From: Macrostomum lignano
Taxonomy: Eukaryota
Assembly: GCA_002269645.1 (NCBI GenBank)
Contig: NIVC01002276.1
Span: 57,651-121,650, forward strand
DNA length: 64,000 nt
Direction: 5' to 3'
Each line of letters opens with the position of its first letter. Position 1 is the first letter of the stretch. A program made the position numbers and the translations under genes. The notes beneath the pieces are model-generated. The model did no database searches, was not told where the DNA came from, and saw only the letters and a list, made by a program, of their open reading frames with translations. Below are positions 59,056 to 64,000 of this stretch, piece by piece.

Positions 59056-62000
59056 ATGACGCAGTTTGAAGTTCAAGTTGATCAATACAAAGCTGACGGA
59101 AACAAGGCTGTCTGCTTTAAGTTAGGTGAGTGTCATTAATTAGTAAAGGTTTTTATGATTGAACGTGTTTATTTTCTGTATTAACATCTGACAGTCTCCA
59201 GTGCAGCTTGAATGAATTGTTTATTACCATCTATTTTCTGATTAGTCAGTTGGAATTCATTCTCTGGTTGGTCAGTGGGAATCCATTCTCTAATTGGTCA
59301 GTAGGAAACCATTCTCTGATTGGCCAGTAGGAATCCATTCTCTGATTGGTCAGTAGGAATCCATTCTCTGATTGGTTAGTGGGAATCCATTCTCTGATTG
59401 GCCAGTAGGAATCCATTCTCTGATTGGTCAGTGGGAATCCATTCTCTGATTGGCCAGTAGGAATCCATTCGCTGATTGGTCAGTGGGAATCCATTCTCTG
59501 ATTGGCCAGTAGGAATCCATTCGCTGATTGGTCAGTGGGAATCCATTCGCTGATTGGTCAGTGGGAATCCATTCGCTGATTGGTCAGTAGGAATCCATTC
59601 GCTGATTGGTCAGTGGAATCCATTCGCTGATTGGTCAGTGGGAATCCATTCTCTGATTGGTCAGTTAGATTCCATTGTCTGTAAAACGCTTTTATCTAGA
59701 CCGAAATGATAATTTGTCCAGAATGCTCAGTATTGATGAATAATAGTTATTTTAGAAATCCATGACTCCTGTTTAGCTCTATAGATTATAGTATGCATGC
59801 ATGTAGATATAATATTACTATTATGCATATTACTAATGCCTGACTCGTGTTTCAAAAAAATTAGCAACAAGCAGAAATTAAATCCATCTCAGAACGCGAG
59901 TGTTTCGTTTCATTATTTATTTTTTTTTCGTTTCAGTCCGCTCGACCAAGGATTTGACTAATCCGGAGATCGATTTTCACCCAGACATGTGCCACCAGGT
60001 ATTTGGCGACAGGTGAGAGGAGACTATACTATATGGTGCCGCTTTACCAAGCTAGAAACTTCACTAACTAAAATATTCACAAGCCAGAAGCCCCACAAAG
60101 CAGAAGATTCACAAGCAGAAAATCCGCAAACTAAAGTAATAGAACATTCACAAACTACAATTAAAACATTCACAAACTACAATCGAGGATTCACAAACTA
60201 CAACAGAAAATTCACAAAATTGAAGATTCACAAATTACAACAGAAGATTCACAAACTACAATACAAGATTCACCAACTTAATGATTCACAAACTAAAATA
60301 GAAGATTCACCAACTAGAACATGCTAGAAGCTTCACATACTAGCTAGCTTCTATTCCTAATCTATTCCTAATGTGTCAATCAGAAAATAAGCCCATTATT
60401 ATTAACTTCTCATTTTAGCGAGACAATTTTTGGCTACAAAAATTTAAGCATCAAGATCTACTTTGCAGCCTGCAGTCTGACAATTTACTTGGCCGTGGAA
60501 TATGCCGAAAAGATTAATAAAGCTATTAGCGGCGGTGTTGAGGTTTGACTTCAAATTCTTCTTTGTACTTATCCTATCAGGTTATTTTTATTGGCAATTT
60601 CAAAAAGAGCCATAAAAGGAGGAATCCTAGATGGGGAATCTCAAGTAGGGGAATCCTAAATGGGGAATCTCAAGTAGGGAATCCTAAATGGGAATCTCAA
60701 GTAGGGGAATCCTAAATTGGGAATCTCAAGTAAGGGAATCCTGAATGGGGAATCTCAAGCAGGGGAATCCTAAATGGGGAATCTCAAGTAGGGGAATCCT
60801 AAATAGGGAATTCAGTAGGCAAATCCTAAATGGGGAATCTCAGGTAGGGGAATCCTAAATAGGGAATCTCAAGTAGGAATCCTAAATGTGGAATCTCAAG
60901 TAGGGGAATCCTAAATAGGGAATTCCTAGTAGGCAAATCCTAAATGGACTTCCATACGAAGTATGGATTTGTACTTTAACTAATTAACCCAAGGACTAAC
61001 CCAAAACCAATGTACACAAACAACCAGGCAGACGACATAATGGCCGCCCTCACTAAGGACCTGATTCCCCCTGGCTATCTAACCAACATTGATCAGTTTG
61101 CTAGTCGAGTTTCTAGCGATAACGAATTTAAACCGTTTGGCGTATTGAAGCAAGCCTATACTACTGAGGATGGTGAGCGCGTGTTCACTTCTCTTGTAAG
61201 GTATTCTACTGTTAGTAGCTTCAATTGCATTTTATTCGTTAAATTTTTCATATTGCAGACGGCCGTCACTTTGAAATCTACCAACCAACCATGGACACGC
61301 CAGGATTTCGCGAATTTCACAGTCGCCTACAAATCTTTCTAATATTTTTCGTCGATGCTGCCAGCTTTATTGACGCAGACGACGACCGCTGGAGCTTCTT
61401 GGTGCTGTACGAGAAGTTCAAGGATGATAGCGGCGAATGGCGACACGCCGTGGCGGGTTACATGACCGCCTACAGGTAGAAATCTTGGCTGACTGTCCTG
61501 TCCTGATGTTGTCACCTGTCTTGATGTTGTCACCTGTCCTCATCTTGTCACTGTCCTGGTTTTGTCCTGTCCTGATTTTGTCACCTGTCCTGATGTTGTT
61601 ACCTGTCCTGATGTTGTCACTTGTCCTGTCCTGATTTGTGTCACCTGTCCTGTCCTTATGTTGGCACCTGTCCTGTCCTTATGTTGTCACCTGTCCTGAT
61701 GTTGTCACCTGTCCTATCCTTATATTGTCACCTGTCCTGTCCTTATGTTGTCACCTGTCCTATCCTTATGTTGGCACCTGTCCTGTCCTTATGTTGTCAC
61801 CTGTCCTGATCTTGTCACCTGTCCTGATTTTGTCACCTGTCCTGATGTTGTTACCTGTCCTGATATTGTCACTTGTTCTGTCCTGATTTTGTCACCTGTC
61901 CTGATCTTGTCACCTGTCCTGTCCTTATGTTGTCACCTGTCCTGTCCTTATGTTGTCACCTGTCCTGTCCTTTGTTCACCTGTCCTGATTTTGTCAACTG

Positions 62001-63440
62001 TCCTGATCTTGTTACCTATCTTCTCTTCGCGAATAACCTTTGTCCTCACCCATGCAGGTACTACGCCTACCCGACCGGGTGCGACCCCGCATCAGCCAGT
62101 TCATCGTCTTGCCGCCCTACCAGCGCCGCGGCCACGGCTGTCGCCTGCTGGAGGCATTCTACTCCGAGTCTCTGGCCGACCCGGCCGTCCTGGACATCAC
62201 CGTTGAGGATCCGGTCGACACGTTTCAACGATTGCGCGACTTTGTCGACTGTCGCCGCCTGCTATTCGAGGCGCCGGAATTATTCGCTAATCCAGTTGCG
62301 CTAGCTAACGGATTCACCGAGACTATGGCAACGGTTGCTAGGGAGCGGCTTCGTCTGAATAAACGTCAAGCCAGGCGTTGCTACGAAATTTTGTGGCTTC
62401 GCTGCACCAATCGGTTTGTGTTTTTCTTCTACTTACAGTAGATAAAGAGGATATTTTCTATAATTTTCTTTAATTGGCAAACAATTGACAACTATTACAA
62501 ATAAAAGATGTGTTTATGTATTGATTAATTAAAAACACATTTTAAAGCTTTCACTTTACGGTACTTTTAAGACCTTTTTGTAACTTCTTAAAAGTGCACA
62601 TGCACTTCAGAATCAGGAGCAACGTAACATGAAGGGTAGCAGTGGGGTCAGATGCCTACTTTTGAGTGGAGGTCAAGGTGGTCAAAGATCTTAGGAAGGA
62701 ATGTCTCTTGTAGCACTTAATTAGCGCTAACATCTAGTCTGGGACGCTTGATTGGCGCTAACATCTAGCCTAGGCCGCTTGATTGGCGCTAGCATTTAGT
62801 CTAGGCCGCTTGATTGTCCCTAACATCTTGTCTAGGCCGCTTGATCAGCGCTAACTTCTAGTCTAGGACGCCTGATTGGCGCTAACATCTAGTTCTAGGG
62901 GCGCTTGATTGGCGCTAACATCTAGTCTAGGGGCGCTTGATTGGCGCTAACATCTAGTCTAGGACGCCTGATTGGCGCTAGAATTTAGTCTAGGCGGCTT
63001 GATTGGCGCTAAAATCTCTTACATGTATCTGTGCGGCGCCTGCCTAAAGGTTCATTATAGTTCACTGACCCTATCTCCCCCCCCCCTAAGGTCTGACCCG
63101 TCAGCCTGGCGCAACTACGCCTGACGGTGAAGTCGCGGCTCAACCAGCCGTTCCGCAAGTCCGGCCGCGAGCTGGCCAAGGCGGCTGCCGCTCTGGAGTC
63201 GGACGAGTTGCAGGCCGTGCTGGGCGACCTCAGCCGGCAGCAGAGAATCGACACCTAGCCGAGGCATTCGACCAGCTGGTTAGCGACTATGGTCAGGTGT
63301 TGGACCGTCTGGCCTCGGTTGCGATAACTGCCGGCGCTAGGAATGGCGCCGTAGCTGAAAATGGCGCCGCTGAAGCCTGCCGGTTGATTGTCGCTAGAGG
63401 ATGGCTGTTTGGAAGCTGCTTGCTTGCTAATTATGGTTAG
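59056..63440 (+). CDS. HAT1: Histone acetyltransferase 1 (type B catalytic subunit); three apparent 1-bp frameshifts in this sequence
   Basis: Exons 59056-59125, 59937-60012, 60419-60542, 61028-61172, 61259-61475, 62058-62413 and 63091 to about 63440. Motifs: FHPDMCHQVFGDSETIFGYKNL, EFKPFG, FHSRLQIFLIFFVDAASFID, GYMTAYRYYAYP, RPRISQFIVLPPYQRRGHG, ARRCYEIL, YRLTVKSRL. The exact stop is uncertain. Confidence 0.9.
59250..59670. repeat. 25-bp minisatellite (GGAATCCATTCTCTGATTGGTCAGT), HAT1 intron 1
   Basis: About 16 units. Confidence 0.92.
60625..60950. repeat. About 29-bp minisatellite (GGGAATCCTAAATGGGGAATCTCAAGTAG), HAT1 intron 3
   Basis: Tandem units. Confidence 0.88.
61495..62030. repeat. 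18/23-bp mosaic minisatellite (TGTCACCTGTCCTGATGT), HAT1 intron 5
   Basis: Tandem units. Confidence 0.9.
62735..63010. repeat. About 32-bp minisatellite (GCGCTAACATCTAGTCTAGGCCGCTTGATTG), HAT1 intron 6
   Basis: About 8 units. Confidence 0.88.
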
Positions 63441-63481
63441 GGTAAGAATTGCTTATTATGAAATCGTTCCAGTGGGATCCA

Positions 63482-63690
63482 GGCCCAGGCTCGATTCCAA
63501 GTACAGTCACATTAATTTGGGGCTAAATTGGAATCTCGGCTTGGCTCTGCTCGTGCAATTAACGCCCAGCTTGAGAAACAACCCCCCCCCCCTCCAAGGC
63601 GCAGTGAAGTGTACATGCATGACGATAAATAAAGCTAGGGGGCTGCTGTACACTCCTGTGTGAGTGTGTGCCTGTGCGTGTGACTGCCTA
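63482..63690 (+). mobile_element. SINE family A, truncated copy
   Basis: From GGCCCAGGCTCGATTCCAAG through GCTGTACACTCCTGTGTGAGTGTGTGCC; head A box and tail are missing. Confidence 0.8.
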
Positions 63691-63741
63691 AAGTACATTA
63701 TTGCTCACTGATCTCATCTCTCCCCTCCCTCCCCTCCTACA

Positions 63742-64000
63742 GGGGCTGTAGCCTTGTGGTCAGAGCGTCGGACTCACGACTTGAAGGTCGGGGGTTCGAT
63801 TCTTGATCCTACTGGAACAATTCGTGTCCTTGATCAAGACACTTATAACTGCATTGCTTCAGTTCACCCGCGGTAAAATGGGTGCCAGCATTAGCTGGGG
63901 TAATTGAGGGTGTGTGTGGCGACCCCCCAGTCCTTGGACTGAACAGCCGTACGCGCCTTCAAATGCACCGCGCAAGCTGCGGCTGAGCTGTCGGTTGCAC
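63742..64000 (+). mobile_element. CORE-like SINE (family B), runs off the window end
   Basis: GGGGCTGTAGCCTTGTGGTCAGAGCG, GGTTCGATTC and GTGTCCTTGATCAAGACACTTA..GTAAAATGGG; body matches 35362-35687. Confidence 0.85.

Noticed and set aside
61173-61200. Alternative HAT1 exon-4 donor at about 61196 (CTT|GTAAGG)
   Set aside because: Only the 61173 donor gives the phase 1 needed for the conserved next exon.

Overview
Eukaryotic (metazoan) genomic DNA with GC-rich exons, GT-AG introns packed with minisatellites, and an AT-rich, CpG-depleted transposon block at about 38-50 kb. This architecture resembles the flatworm Macrostomum lignano, but that is an inference. Genes reconstructed by hand from splice sites: (1) a 5'-truncated single-pass membrane type-B carboxylesterase/cholinesterase-family gene (+, 1-3196) that keeps the nucleophile Ser but appears to have Leu in place of the catalytic His; (2) a 3-exon orphan of about 166 aa (-, 5452-7668); (3) a monoglyceride lipase-like hydrolase with intact triad (+, 10806-12820); (4) a two-LIM CRP/MLP gene (-, ATG 38243) whose terminal LIM2 exon is present twice because of a near-identical 7.3-kb duplication (18778-26027 / 27919-35346); (5) HAT1 (+, 59056 to about 63440) with three apparent 1-bp deletions in C runs. 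Two further orphan coding segments are weakly supported. Mobile DNA includes an RTE-like LINE 3' end, two tRNA-derived SINE families (one CORE-like, one with an unrecognised conserved body), a decayed Mutator transposase, several foldback/MULE-like elements with 9-10 bp TSDs, and a deleted Tc1 element plus a related MITE. Most long ORFs in the supplied track are translations of tandem repeats. No CRISPR array, rRNA or true tRNA was seen, and I found no convincing wholly new multi-gene system. The best leads are the pseudo-esterase, the LIM-exon duplication, the directional CpG decay, the uncharacterised SINE body and the splice-donor-bearing minisatellites.
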